From assembly GCA_010909165.1 (NCBI GenBank), contig MU008174.1, positions 558,001-622,000 of the forward strand: a DNA stretch of 64,000 bases, read 5' to 3'. Source of the stretch: Anthoceros angustus (Eukaryota; Plantae; Anthocerotophyta). The position numbers were made by a program, and so were the translations under genes. This document shows, piece after piece, positions 13,400 to 27,760 of this stretch (position 1 is its first letter; the number at the start of each line of letters is the position of its first letter). The notes beneath the pieces are model-generated. The model was not told where the DNA came from, made no database searches, and was given only the letters and a program-made list of their open reading frames with translations.

Positions 13400-13740
13400 T
13401 TGTATATTTTGCACATACATCCATCGAGCAATTACAAGCACACTAAACCCCAGGGCCCCAACACATCCGCATGCACTTGCTGCCTAGTTTTCACGTCTCC
13501 TGCTACTGCTCTATGCAAATATGGCGAATCCCTCTAGACACATGGGGCTTAGCGGAAGCATAGGCTGAACCCAAAAGCCAACTGCAGGCTACACCTGCGT
13601 CAGCCTGTGCTTAGTCCAGTAGGGTTTTTGTTGTCCATGAGATGATCTTTGTCGGTTCTAAAGCTTTCAATATTCCGGCTCATATAGGCATCTGGTGTTG
13701 GTGCTGATGTCGACACCTTGCTCGTTGCTATAGTCAGTCC
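13400..13740 (-). repeat. Inverted paralog of 41590-41930 (5' part of a PPR relic)
   Basis: The reverse complement of 13600-13680 matches 41665-41740 (GCTTTAGAACCGACAAAGATCAT..AAAAACCCTACTGGACT). Confidence 0.75.
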
Positions 13741-13999
13741 TCAAAATTATGCCCCTCTTCAATCGTCCTTGAGGGGTTATGAAGGAAAGTCCCACATTCC
13801 AAGGCAACCACCTATCATCAAACAAAAAGCAAAAAGGAAGATAATCATAAACTTAAATCCGCTACCCATCATCAAACAAAAATCACAGAAGAGGATAGTC
13901 ACAAACTAAAATCTGCTACTGTCTTCCTGAGCCCTTTACTATAGAATATCTTTAGGGAGACCCCAAGGATCACACTAATTAAGGACCATATATTCTCTC

Positions 14000-16900
14000 C
14001 TTGGGGAAATACGCGGGTGGCTACGTGGTCCGGACCTCCTCCGCTTCTTGCTCACGGCTCTCCGCCTCCCTGGCCTCAGACGCCTCCCTGAGTTCCCTCC
14101 CACCACACGTTCCGGCCCACCCCTGCACCGCCCGGGACGGGTCTCCGGCCTTTATTCACCTGATGCCGAGCGCTAAGGGATCGATATAGAGGGATACAAA
14201 CTCGCTAAGTGAAGGTGTGTTCTTGAATTTCTTGACCTGCATAGAGGCCATTCCCAACGCCCGCCTCCGAGTGTACCTGCTCCGTGGATGCCTTTCCTAA
14301 GATAGTAGATTGATGATCCTCCGCCCTTTGATCTGAGCACCACCCGATGGCGAAGGCCGACACGGGCGCCTACATACACATGGAAACCGCTTTTACTCGC
14401 AAACTGGACTTTTAATACACCTGTGAGCGCTTATCAGTGGGTCAGGTATCTCAGATCTCTCGAAGGCTCCTTCTCGTGTCCAGTCCACCTCCTCCCCTTC
14501 CCGAGTAAAACTATGGAACATGCCTCATTTGGCCCCTCTGAATTGGGTCCTGACCGAACTTCAGAATAACTCTACTCACAGCCGAGGGAACCCTGCAGCC
14601 TTCCAGTATCTAGTATACCGGGCAGGGACCGGAAATGACCTCGACCTTATCTTGGTCCACTGGTCCTCATCAACGACACACACGATGTCCCAAATAGGAT
14701 TCCTCCGTCATTCCAAAGTAGCATTTCTCCATGTAGACACAAACTGTGTTTCCTTACAACGCCTCCAAGTACTTCCGCAGTGCCCAACGTGCTTGTCTTC
14801 TCTCCTCCATGTACGCAAAAGTCATCCAGAATACCTCCATGAAGTCCTCGAAAATCCTCAAGACGTTAGTCACCATCCGCATGAATGATCCAGTTCTCTG
14901 CATCCTGGAGGCGTCATTAGAAGCGAACGCTCCCACTGGTGAACTGTCTTATCCCAATCCGACTCTTAGGTGCGCTTGGTTGTAGTTTATATCCATCCAA
15001 GGAGTAAGGTACCGTCCCCGCCACCTTGTCCAAAGAGTGTCGTCCACGGAAGGGCATGGGGAAAATGGTCCTTCTCGTATGCTGAGTTTCCTCCAATCCT
15101 GGCTGCATACGGATCCCTTCGTCAGTTTTTGGGCACGACAATGGGTGCTACCCATTCCGCCACGATTGGAAAGATGATGTCCGCCTTTCCGTATATTTAT
15201 CCAGACCTCCTTGACCTTGAGCGAGTGCTTGGGATCTAATTTATACCGCCGATCCGAATAGGCACCGCCTCCTCGGCTCGTCTATCCGTGTTCGCCCACC
15301 GCTTCGGAATGCCTTCATATCCGTGACTTTGAAAGCAAACACTCAACACGTAATTCCCCAACAAATGTACCGGTGAGGCCGTCTTGCTTTCAACTTCACG
15401 GGCATGCCTTGCGGAATTTTAAGAATTTGCCCAAGGACTTCCACGCCTTCCACATCGCCGACTACCGCCTCCCTTTCCCTCGCTGCTCGCGGTGGCGCGA
15501 TTACCGACGGCCACCGCGCCGCCATAATCCCGTGTCAAAGCTGTAGGAAGGAGTCCGCTCCTGGAATGATAGGTCTGCTTGCCGCTTCGATGATTCTCAC
15601 TTCACTTTGTCTGCTCGCCTCAACGCACATTCTACCGCCTCGCATCTAACTACTCGCAACGTTTCACCGCCCGTGCCCGGTGGCTAAACGTTTAAGGACC
15701 TGCTCAAGGCCCTCAGTATCGCTCACATCGCCACTGCACTCTAGTCCGCTCTCTCCCACACCACATTACCGCCTTAGGAAAACGCGGGGCTACATGGGCC
15801 CGACCTCCTCCGCTGCTCGCCGGGCCTCTCCGTCCGGCTCTCGCCTCCCGAGTCCTCCACCACACGCTCGGCCTGCTCGACGCCGGGCTGCTCGACGAAC
15901 ACGGTCCCCGCCACCTTCCTCGCACACACCACCACACGCTAGGGTCCGCCACCAACCTTGACTGGGCCTCCCGAGCTGCGGCTCGCCATGACTCAGACTC
16001 ACGTTAGCAAGAAGACGACAAGGGTCTGCAAGAAACGCAGATCAACACCAAGAGAAAGATACTTTAGAGCAAATTTCAAATTTCTCTTATACTACCGAGG
16101 TCGGCGCCTTTATTACACCCCTATTCGAGCCGGCCCTCAAGACGCCTTAATCGCCGCCTACCATCCTATTCCTCCTCCTATCTCCTTCGCTTGGGCTGGA
16201 AGGTCCTGGTTCCGCCTCGGATTGGTGGTCCAATCTCCGGCCCGATAGCTTGGGGCAAGACCCAATCGGATGATCCGCGAGGCGGACCCTTCCTCTTCCC
16301 TAATCGCCGTTATTAATGGGCCGACGATCAGCTACTAACGCTGCTTCTCGTTCCTCGGTCCTCGTCCCGAGGGCCACCGACTGCCCCGCTTCCCCAACGT
16401 AAGCCTGAGGGGACTCCTCCATTTCCCGAGTCCGACCTGGTCCGGCCTCGACCGAGTCGAACTGGAGTCTCGCCTTCCCGAGTCCCACTGGTCCGGCCTC
16501 ATCTTCGGGTTCTGACCTCGGTCCGATCTTATTACCGGGGTCCGGCCTCCACGCCCGACTTTACCGGACCTCATCGCTAGGTCCTCATCCTTCCCACCGA
16601 CCCTTGTCTTGGGCCTTTGGCTTCCTCCTTCCACCTTCAAGGCCCCCGCCTATCTTCCCGAGAAAGGTGCTGACGACTCGGGATTCGCACGCGCCCCGCC
16701 TCCTCCGATGCTCTTCTCCCCGCCACTGCTCTCCAAACAGGCCACTAGAGTCCCCTGTGGCGTCCCTGATGCCCTTCATCCCTCTCGAGCCTTCCAGGTC
16801 CGCCTATTTGCGGGCGCCGAGGTCGCCAATGTCTTAAGGAGCTCGGTGGTAATAGTAAGTCCGAATCAACTTGTCAATTGTCTTCCACGGTGCCCGAGCA

Positions 16901-19900
16901 CCCGATACTCCCTTCGCCATAGGTGTTCCGGTCGGGCGTGGCTGCTTTTTGTTACCACCTCCCCGCCAGTTTGACAAACGGAGCCGGGCCAGATCACGCG
17001 AGGCTACAAGGGCGGCCTTGGCCACCTCCTGCAGCTCGCTGCTCCGCCCGCCTCAGCCTCCTGCTTTTCCACCGCTAGCTTACGCCATAGCGCAGCTGCT
17101 CCTTCCGCCTTTCTCAATCGGACCAGCAGCTTTTCTTCAGTTTCGCCTCCTCCGCTCATTCTCGCCGTTAACTCCGCCATCTCCTCTCCAAAGCGGTCGG
17201 CAACTCGCTCATCATGGGCCTCGCCTGTGTCCTTCTCCATTTCGCGACGCCCCGCCTCCTGCTCCATCTGCATCGCCTCCGTCCGCCAATGTAGCCGGAG
17301 CCGCTTATTGCCTCGTGATCCTCATCACGCCCGCACTACCATTCCTCTCAATGGTAGTTTGAGCCGCAGCCTGTGGTCTCCTTGTCTTCCATCTCCCGCC
17401 ACTCCACCACGCACCGAGACCGAGATCCTCCATCTCCTGCGCGGCTTCCTCCTCCTCGCATGGCACCCTGCACTGCCCGCCTCCCGCCTCCTTCTTCAGT
17501 TAGCCAGCTTATCCCCGCCTCTCCACCGGCCGATCACTGATAGTGATCCCGGCCTAAGTACGGCTTCCGCCTCCCTTGCCGCTTTCACCGAAGCCCCCAT
17601 TTGGCGCTGGTCCGGGCCAAGCCGCCCGCCAGCACGAGCCTCTCCGCTGCGCCGGCCTCCTCGCCTCCCGCCACTCCTCCGCCGCAGAGGTCTTCCGCCT
17701 GCTTGCCTCCAGCTCGCCCACCGCCACCCCAAGGAATTTAGTCCGGCCTGCTTGGATGGACCAGATTCCTCCGCCTCCCCGCTTCCTTCCTCGATGCGCC
17801 GAGAGCTTCGGCCTCCTGCCTCCCGGCCCTCCAACCGCCTCCCTGAGGAGCACCATACGCCTCCCGGGTGGCTTCTACCTCGGGTCTTCTCGGGTCCCCA
17901 GAGACCCTAAAGCATAGTCCATGACTGCTGTGACTCCGTGGTTTCTTCCACGGCCGACCGTGAGGCCCCCACAAAGTCCGTGAGGGAGCGGCATTTCACG
18001 TCCGCCAAGGACCTCCATACTGCAGCCCGAGTAAGTCCTGACTGGTTCTCCGACCTAATCAGACCCTTAGGTCCCGAGGCCGAGCTGAGCTTCACCTCCT
18101 TGGCCCTCTTGGCGCCAGCTCTTATTTGCCCTCTGCCCTGGGCCTGAGGTGAGGGGTCCGGAGCTAGCCCTTTTGCCCTTCCCCGGGATGTGGACTGCCT
18201 GTGCGGCTGCCGCTGACCTCCTCGCCTTCGCTGCCCCTTCGCCTCCTTACCGCCACTTCACCAAGGGGTAAGGGCACTGCACCGCCCGAGGTGCCGCCAG
18301 ACGCTGCCTTGCGCCGGGTTCCCGCCGAGTCCGGCGGCCCGCCGCTGGCTGTCGTCACTGGCTACTGAGCAACAACCGCCTCCGCTGCTCCTCCCGCTGG
18401 TTGCTCCGTGAGGAGGCACTGTGAGAAGGGAAGCGATTTCTCCCATACCGGGTGGTGAGGGGTCCGCCTGCACGATGGAGTCCTAATCCTCCCCGCCCCT
18501 CCCGGTCCGCTTGGCCTTAGAGGGTCGGCCCCCACCCTGCCTTGCACGCCCACTTCCTGCCTCCACCCTTCCCCGGCCTCCACTCCCGAGCGCCTCCTCT
18601 CCCTCCTTCAGAGTTCAAATGTCCCCATACATGAATCGTATGGGGATGATGGCGAGGGCTTCGCCTCACCATGGGCCTCCTCGATCGAACCCAAGATAAT
18701 CCTTCCCTTCTTCCTCAGAACGCATGCAGAATACTAGTTATCACCAAGGTGATCCACCTGGTGAGCAGTGTTCCAATGGATAATAATCCCTACCTCATTC
18801 AAGCAGTCCGATATCAACCACCTGGTTGTCCGCTGCCTTCTCAAGATCGCCTGCTGTCGGGCCCTATCTTCCCTTCTCGCCTGAGGGCCTGACCACGCCC
18901 CTTCTTCCTCCTTTGGTTAGGCCTCAGACCTCCAAGGTCCATCGCCAGATCCTCCCGAGGTTCTTGGATCGAACCTCCTTGTTGGCCGCCGCCAACATCT
19001 TCCGGCGAACTCTGACTGTGAGTGACGTTAAACGTCGCACCGAACACATCCAGTGCCACTCTCGACTAATTCCCCCGCCTCCTCCAGGCCCAAAGTCCGG
19101 ATAGCGCCGGTCACAATGTTGCGCCTACGAGGTTCCATGGCTCCTGACCTCCCCGCAGCCTTTTGGGTGCCATCGCCTTCTTCCCCTCGTCAGTCACCTG
19201 GAGTCCGCCGGCACGATGCGCCTCCTCGCTGCCGCGCTCCACACGAGCCGCCTGCTTTGGCCAAAGAGATAGCGCCAGAGCCGGGTTTGAGCGCAAGAGA
19301 TCATGAGAATTGTCTCGAGGTCACAGAATGAAATGACCTCCTCTCACCGCTTTGGGAGTAATCACGGAAGGCTCTTCCTCGTCTGTGAATCGCCAGAGGT
19401 CTCGCATGGCTTACTCGACTTTACGCCCGCTTACGCCGCCTTACGCCTGCCACAGATTGCCTTACGCAAGCCGCTGGGCGTGAATACTATAACGGCCTCG
19501 GCTACTGGCCTCCGTGATGCCCGACCTCCACCTGTGGCTGGCCCACGGCGCCGCTTAGTCTGCCTCACGACTCAACTCTAAGTTACCGCGTATTTATCCT
19601 GCTTTTGACCGAGTGGGTCCGACTTATCCTGCTACACCGACGTAGTCCCAAGGCTCGCCATGGTGGTTCCGGCACGTTGCCCACTCCGAGTCCAAATCGA
19701 GTGCCATCCGCTTTATTCCTCCTTTCCGCCTTTATTTTACTATCCCAACCTACCAAAAAAACAAAGCCCCCCTTAATTCCTACCCCCCAAGGGAAGTCCA
19801 TAGCCCACACTTCGCTATGCCCAAAGCCGTCATCCTCTATCCGAGGTTCATCCTCACGCATTCCCCACTCCCGAAAAAGCTCGTCTGAGGTAAACCGGAT

Positions 19901-22900
19901 CACTTCATCTGGGTCCTCCCCTCCCTCGATTGGTGGGTCTCCTCCTCCGCCTGCCCCCCTGTCCCACGCCTACTGCTAATTGACCACCTCGCCCAAGGTG
20001 TCCTTCCCAATCCATCTCTTCTGACTACCACGAGATTTTTTGGGAAGGGGTAGTCCTCATTCGTATCCTCGCGCTCATCGTCCCCACTGTCCTCGTCGGA
20101 GGTGTACCCCTCTGTGGTGCTTACGGTCACCACAAAGATATGTCCTTGCTCCGTGATCGCCACTCCGCCTTCCTTACCTTCATCCCGCCAACCGGGTTTG
20201 AAGTGTATCTCCTTCCTTCCGAAGTGTAGTTTTGTCTGAGCGAGTCCCAATCAAGGACGCCCCAACAAAGACTGACTCAGCAGGTCCATGGGCTTGATGA
20301 CCACGAAGTCCAATGTGTAGGTGCCCCGCTATGGTTGCTTGACTCGGACAACTCCCCGGCTGCGACACATGTCCGCCATCCCGAGGGTTTTGGTGGATGG
20401 TTCAAATGTCAGAACTCCTAACCGCCTTGCGGTGGCCTCCGTGATGAGGTTGACTCGACCGGTCCAGTGGGCACGCTTAATCACGCACCCACGATTTCAC
20501 CAACCACCGCGCCCGGTCCGTGATGAGATACCACTCTTACCTCCACGTTTTTGGCCCCACGGCCCGAGGCGTTTCGGCGTGGTTGTGTCTCCTTGATGGC
20601 CTCGGACTTCCCACGATACTTCGATTGTCTCAACAATCCCCGAGTGACACCAAAAGGTTGTTGGTCCATCATTGTCACCACCTTGAAGGCGGTGGCTTCA
20701 GTCGCTGCGGTCCGCCTGATTCTTCTAGCCCGCCCGCCTCTCGGGTCCACCTCCGGTCCTGGCTGATCCTCCTCAAGCATCTCCGCCACTTCTCGAACCA
20801 CATCTCGTGGAAACTGGGGTGTTGCCTTGGGTGGGTCCGTTTCCTCTTCTAACGTTTCAGGAGGTTTCTGGTCGGGTGCTTCCTCTGGCAGAGCGGCCCG
20901 ATCTCTCGCCTTCCCTTTCCTCCTCCTTCGCGAGAGTCCCGTCCTCCGTATCCGTGGTGCTCTCTCCATTTTTCTTCCTCTTTAACTGCCTTCTCTCCTT
21001 CCTTCCGGCTGGTTGACACCTCCAGCACTCCTGTCTACCTCTCCTCTTTAGCCGAACCCGCCTCGTACCACTTCATCCCAAGTTCCTTCGGCGCCTCTTT
21101 CCCACTCCGCCACTGCATCTTCAATCAGAGCACCGCGCGGTTTAGGGAGAGGGGCGAGGGCGGTCGTGGCTCCCACCGGGTGGCGAGCACCGCCTCGAGC
21201 GAGGGTTCGTACACAAGGTAGTGCCCGCCATGTGTCCCGCCTGCTTGCAATCCCACACAAAGGCTCAAAATCCTCTACCTTGCCGAGGGGTATGGACACG
21301 ATTGGAGTAGTGCCCGGTTCCCAGTTCCAGCAGACCACCGCGAGAATTTGGAGGGGCTCCTGCGCATCGACGGGGTCGATGCAGGATGGTCCTACGCCAT
21401 ACGGGTACATCGCCTTGGGATACCGCCCCTGGCGCCTCGTGACTTGGTATGCGCCTCCCACCGCCTCCTGACTCTTCCCGTAGTCGACTCCACTTGGTTT
21501 ACGGGTCCGGAGCTAGCCTTGAATGCCCATGCCGGTGGCACACCGACACCATAGATGGGTCCAACTGCAGTGGCCGCCGTTCTATCCTTCACCGTTGATC
21601 GTCAATTCCTCCACCCTCTTCATTACCGTTCGGATCTTCCTCAACCCCGCTACTTCTTTCAAAATTTGGGTCGGTGAACCTCCCGTGCCGATGCGAGGCA
21701 TCATAACCTCCTTCTTCTCGACCCTCACCCTTCTGGGCTTTTCTTCCTTAGTGAGGTTCCTCCTCTTCCATGGCATCCTCGGATTCCTCTTCGGAGTCCT
21801 CCTCCTCTTCCTCCGAAGCTACCTCGGTTTCGTCGTCCTCCTCTTCCGAGGGCTCTTCATCCTCGGATTCCCCGTTCTTCTTTTCTTCTTCCCTTTGGTC
21901 CGCCTCGTTGGTGCATCGATTCCTCGTAGTTCTCCGCCGCCCGGACCGCCTTACTCACATCCTTTTGCAGCGAGCACATGTAGCCATTGGCTTGGGTAGG
22001 CCAGTGAACCAACGTACACTTTGCATGGTGGTGTGGGTGGGGTGCGGTCCAGGCGTAGGCGTTCAATCTGACGATCCAACTTCCGTCTTGCCTCGCTTCT
22101 CGAGCTTAGGCAGGGGCGTAGCCTTCTTGGTCAATCCACGGAATCTTTCCAGAAGGCATCCTTCAATGCTTGAAGGTCGTGGGGAGGCGTTAGGGCGGCG
22201 GTACTTCCTTGGTACCAGCAGGCATGTTCCCGAAGGACCCTTGGAACATTTGGATAATGCGCATCCGAACCTTCCGTTGAAGTTGCACGGACCGAAATCC
22301 TCCACAGGTTTGCGTCCCTCTCCTTCTTAAGAAATCGCTTGCTTGGTCGATGTTGTTGCCATCGCGACCGGAGGGTTGAGGAACCGCTCCCTTCTTCGCG
22401 ACTTTGTGCTACTTCCTCCTCACGATCCGACAAGTCTACTGCCACTGCTTGGCCGAGCTCTCGTTGAGCCGCCGCCCTCATTTGCCTTGCTCCGGCTTCT
22501 GGCGGTCACAACGTCCGCCCACTCAAAGAATTCGCTCTTGACTTCCCCACGCCCCTCCACGCATCCACACCTACCTTCCCACCAGGCTACGAGCCACTTC
22601 ATCTCGCAACGCGCCAAAAATGGCGTGACTTTCGCCGATGGCCACCGGCCACAACCCGTGTCGTTGTAGTGGAGTCCGCCTCCAAGAGAATGACCGGCTG
22701 CTTCACTGCTTTCAACTGCTTCTCACCTACACTTAGTGTCCGCTCAGCTCAACACTTATTTATCGCTTCACTAACTACTCCGCAACGTTTCACCGACAGC
22801 CCGTGCGGCCAAACGCTTAAGGACCTGTCACCTGCAGGTTGCGCTCAAGTTCGCCACCATCCATCTAGTCCGCTCCTCTCACCCTCGCCTCACTACACTC

Positions 22901-25900
22901 GTCCTTGGGGAAAAAACGGGTGGCGGTCCGGACCTCCGTCCTCCGCTGGCCTCCCGCCGGCCTCGTGACGCCTCCCGAGTTCCTCCGGCCACACGCCCGG
23001 CCCGGCCACCGCCTGATGAGCAAGGGTCCTAGGCGCTGCTTCCTCGCACACACCACCACACGCTAGGGTCCGGCTACCAAGACCTGACCGCCTCCGGCTG
23101 TCACCGCCTGACTCGTGACTCAGTAACAAGAAGGCACCCAAGAGCCCAAGATGCATCAACACCAAGAGAAAGATACTTTACTCGTGAGCACTCATTTTTT
23201 ATACTACGCCCAAGGCGCCTTTATTACACCTCTATTCGAAATGAGGGCTACCGGCGCCTAATCGCCTACTATTCTCCTATTCTCCTATCTCCGCTTGGTG
23301 GGCTGGATGGCCCCCGATTCTGCCTTTGGCACCGTGCCCAAAGCCGAGCCCGACGATCATGGGCAAGACCCAATCGGATGATCCGCGAGGGACCCCTACC
23401 TCTCCTCGAGGGTCTGCCAGCGCCACCGGGCGGCGGCCTCGACAACGGCGGCCACCACTAAGTCCTCCTCCTCCTTATCTCTCGGGCCTCGCGCGGCCCT
23501 CCAAGAGATGGATCTTGGGTTGGATGGTGGCTCTCCCCACTCCCGAGTCTGACCTCGGACCTGCCTCGACTCTGAGTCCTGACCTCTAGGTCCGCCTTCC
23601 TCCGGGTCCCGTGTCCGGCCTTCTTCGAGTTCGACTGGGTCCCGACTTGCCTCCGGGTCCGGCCTCCGGGCCCAACCTTCCTGGAGTCCTGACTCGTGGT
23701 CCGTCACACTAGAGTCCGGACCTCAAGTCCGCCTTCTGACTTCGATTCGGCCTCAAGAGTCTCGGACAAAGTCCCACCCACGGTGCCTCGGGGCCTGCCT
23801 CACGGGCTCACCCATCGAGCCTCCTTGGTTCCCGAGTTCCCGGCCAGCCCCTTCCACGGCCTCCCAGGCCCTCCTCCTTCCTTCCTTCCGCATGGAGGTG
23901 CAGAGTGCTTACTGCAGTCCTTCCTCCGTCTGCCTCCTGTTTCCTCACACATTATCAAACAACAGCTCCTAGGGTCCCCTGTGGCTGATCCCCTGGTCCT
24001 TCCTCCCCTCCTTCCGACCCTTCCGAAGTCCGCCACCGCCTAGAGTGGCGCAAGACCAGCCTTGAGGAGCTCAAGGTAGTAGGCAAAGCTCAATCGACTT
24101 GTTGAATTGCCTCCTCCACATGGGCCCGAGCACCCGTGATTCCTCCGCCAGAGGTGCTCCGGCATGTCATCTGCACCCCACCTGCCTGCTGCTGTTACCA
24201 ACCGCACCGGACTCGATGCCACCAAAGCGGCCTCCGACACCTCCTCGCAGCCTTCCCGCCGCCGACGCTCTCCTCCAGCCCGCCCGCTTGCCGGGCCATG
24301 GAGCCGAGCTCACCTCCGCTTCTCAGAACCGGACGAGCACCGCCTCCTCCGCTTTCTTCCTCCGCTCATCCTTTCCCGAGGTCCGCCACTCTTCTCCAAA
24401 GTGGCCGGTATCCCCGTCCGACTCGGCTTCCTCCACCGCAGCCTCGCGACGCCGAACTCTTGGACTGCCGCCATTCTCCTCCGTCAAGCCGAAGCCGAGG
24501 CGCCTATCTCCCGCTCAAGTCTTGGATTCTCTCTGAGAACCCCGCCTGCCCGATGCCTTGGAGTTGCAGCCCAAGGTATCCGCCTCCAGCCCCGCCGCCT
24601 CTTCTACCTCCCGCACTGACCCCGAGGTCCCCATTTCGGTCCTCCGCCTCCTCCTCACGGCCGACTGCTTGCTCACGCCACTGCTGGCCTTCAGTTGGCT
24701 GCCACTCCCAAATGCCTCCTCCACCGGCCCGATCACGCCGATAGTGATCCCGGCCGACCTTCGCCATGCTTCGCTTCTCGTGACCGCCTTCACCGAGCCT
24801 CGCTGTCTCGATGTTGGGCCACTGGCCGCCTCACCGTGTCGCGAGCCCTCTCCGCCTCCTTCTCGCGCCTCTTCGTCTAGAGATCTTCACCTGTGCTTGG
24901 GCCTCTCACCGCCACACATGCACTGGAGGACCTGGTCCGTCTTCTCCTGACCGCTGGACCAAGGCCTCCGCCTCCCGCTGCTTCCTTCCTCGATGCGGCC
25001 GAGGACTTCCGCCTTCTTCGCCTCCGGCCGCCCATCTCGCCTCTGGAGGAGCACCATGCGCCTCCTGTTGCCTCCACCTCGGGTTTTCTCGGCCCCAGAG
25101 TCCTCAGAGCATACCGCCCACGTGAAGCTGTGACCCGCGTGTCTCTTCCACGGCCGCCACCGGTGAGGCCCCCAAGAAGTCCGGCTGGGGCGGGCATCTC
25201 TCGTCCGCTAAGGACCTCCATACCGCAGCCCGGAGTGAGTCCGACTGGCTCGACCTAATCAGACCCTTAGGTCCCGAGTACCGAGGTCCGAGTCTCACCT
25301 TCTTGGCCCTCTTGGCCACCTTTTTGTCCGCCTCTTTCTCGGGCTCGAGGGGTGAGGGGTTCGGAGTCGACCTTTGCCTCTCCCGCCGGAGACTGCCCGT
25401 GGGCTGCCGCCGCTGGCCTCCCGCCCTCTGGGCCCCTTCCGCCTTCAGACCGCCTCCTTCGCCACCCGCTGGCAGGCACGGCGCCGCCCTGGTGCCGGTT
25501 GGCGGTGGCACCGCCTTCCGCCGTCCCCGACGAGTCCCGGGGCTCGGCCGCCGCTGGCGGCTGTCCGCTTGAGCTGAGCCGCCAACCGCCGCCTGGGCCT
25601 CGCCTCCTCCTGGCCGCCTCCGCGTTTCCCTTCCTCGATGCGGCCGAGGACTTCCGCCTTCTTCTTGCCTGGGCGCCTCCATCTGCTCACGGAGGAGCAC
25701 CATCGCCTCCTTGTTGCCTCCACCTCCACAGGTCTTCTCGGCCGTCCCGCGAGTCCCAGGCATACCGTCCATGATGGCAGGACCCCGTGTCTCTTCCACT
25801 GCCGGTGAGGCCCCAAGAAGTCGTGGGCGGGCATCTCTCGGTCGAGGACCTCCATACCCGCCGGGTGAGTCGGTGGCTCTCGGACCTAATCGGGACCCTT

Positions 25901-27760
25901 AGGTCACAGTCCGAGTCAGGCCTCACCTTCTTTGGCCCTCTTGGCGCCAATTCCTATCCTCTTTCTCCACAGGGCTCGGAGGGTGAGGGGTTCGAGGCGA
26001 CCTCTTTCTCCCGGTCGGAGGCAGGACCCGGCTCGGTGGGGCTGATGGCCTCCGCTCCTTGGGCGGCGTCCCTTTCCGCCTCCTTCCGCCTCCTCGGCTT
26101 CTTGCCACTCCGTTGGCGGCGAGGCAAGAACACAGGCGCCGTAGGTCTTTGCGTTGGTGGCACCGCCTTCCGCCTCTTGGAGGTCCGTCGAGCTCGCCTC
26201 GTCGTTCTTTGGCGGTGATGCGCCGGGCTGGGCCGCCACTCTGGGCCGCCTCTTCTGCTGCTCGGTGGGGCACCGGGAGGAGGAAGCGGGATGTCCTCCC
26301 ACACTTCCCTCGGTGGCGAGGGAGTCCGCCCAGACGATGATGGAGTCCGGGATTCCTCCCACTGCCTTCCTCCCGCCTCTTGCTCCGGATGGACGGGCCT
26401 CCACCTCCGCGCCTTCCTTCCCCCTGAGGGGGCACCCCTTCCCGAGTGCTGCCTCTCCCTCCTTCGTGGAGGTTCGCGCCCCCACACATGAATTAAGAAC
26501 GGCGATAACGCCGACGGAGGAGGCTTCTCACACCTCAGCTTGTGAGCTTCCTGATTGATCCTGGCGAAGATGATCCTTCCTCCCGCCTCCTTCCTCTCTC
26601 GCAGCATGCAGAACACTAGAGATTGTCACCAAGGTGATCTACCTTGGTGAGCATGTTCCAGTGGACAATGATCCTGCCACCGCCTCACCCTCTGGCCCAG
26701 CAAGTCCGACATCAACCACCTGCTGGTTGTCTGCTGCGCCCTCGAGCTTCAGCACCTTGCCGCCTATCTTCCTCCGGCCTTGAGAGGTTCCGGACTACGC
26801 CCCAATTCTCCTCACTGATGCCACATCGCCTCAGACCTCCACGGCCCACCTCCTAGGGTCCTCAAGGCTCTTAGACCGAACCTCCTTGTTGGCCGCCAAC
26901 ATCTTCGGCGATTCTGACTAGGGCGACGTCAAGGTCCAGACACTGAAAACGTCCAGTGCCATTCCTTGACCAGCCCCCGCCTCCTCCAGCCCACGGCCCG
27001 GGTCCTGCTTGGTGACGATGTTGCGTTCCACTAAGCTCCATGGCTCCCAAACCTCGCCGCTTCTTGGGTCCCATCTTCCGCCTCCCGCCTCCTCCGCCTC
27101 TTGGAGGTGTGAGGGCTCGCAATCGTCTGCCTTGCGGCCGCTGGTTCTTCCCTCGCGAAGTCGAGCGACGCCGGAGGGTGCCTGAGCGATCACAAAGACA
27201 ACGCCAGAGGGCCGGGTGTTCCGATCATGAGAGCATGCGAAGATCAGCGGTTGCTTGGAAGAATGACCTCCGCCTTGCCTCGCCATAGTCAACTGCTCGC
27301 GTGAGGGGTGGCTCTTGCTCAGAATCGTATCTGTATGGCTTACTCCCACCTTACGCTTCCGCCTACTCCAGCGCTTATAAGGCGTTTACTTGGTTGCGCG
27401 GATCTGTGAGCGTGAATACCGCTATAACGGCCACCGCAATGCTACGGTCTCCGCGTCATGGCTCGCCTTCATGGCTCAGTGGCCGCCCACGTGGCGCGCT
27501 CTGTCTAACTCACGCCCCAACTTCTAAATTACCCATCATGTATTTTATTCTATTCGACCTGTGAGTGGGGTCGGACTTATCCCTTGTACTGCAAAAGGTG
27601 TCCGGGGTCTGGAGGGCACCTGGGTCACACTTACCCCGGAGTCCGAGTGCCGTCCGTGCTTATTCCTCCTTTTCCGCCTTATTTTACACTCCATACCTAC
27701 GAAAAAAAAGACCAACCCCGCTTATTTCCCAACCCCAAGGGGAGTCCGTTGTCCATAGCG
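14000..27760 (-). mobile_element. Tandem GC-rich Gypsy-like LTR retroelements sharing LTRs, with long 3' extra regions
   Basis: Decayed RT at 14170-15200 (FMRMV..FEDFMEVF). Retropepsin-like region at ~20230-20480 (LDFVV..GRP). Repeated blocks 15640-16300/22770-23400, 16640-19600/23870-27560 and 19560-19810/27520-27750. LTR-like blocks start at ~14024, ~15795 and ~22925. Confidence 0.7.

Noticed and set aside
15680-27350. Dozens of overlapping Pro/Arg/Gly-rich ORFs
   Set aside because: Expected from GC-rich, stop-poor retroelement DNA; no domain motifs and frames differ between the repeated copies.
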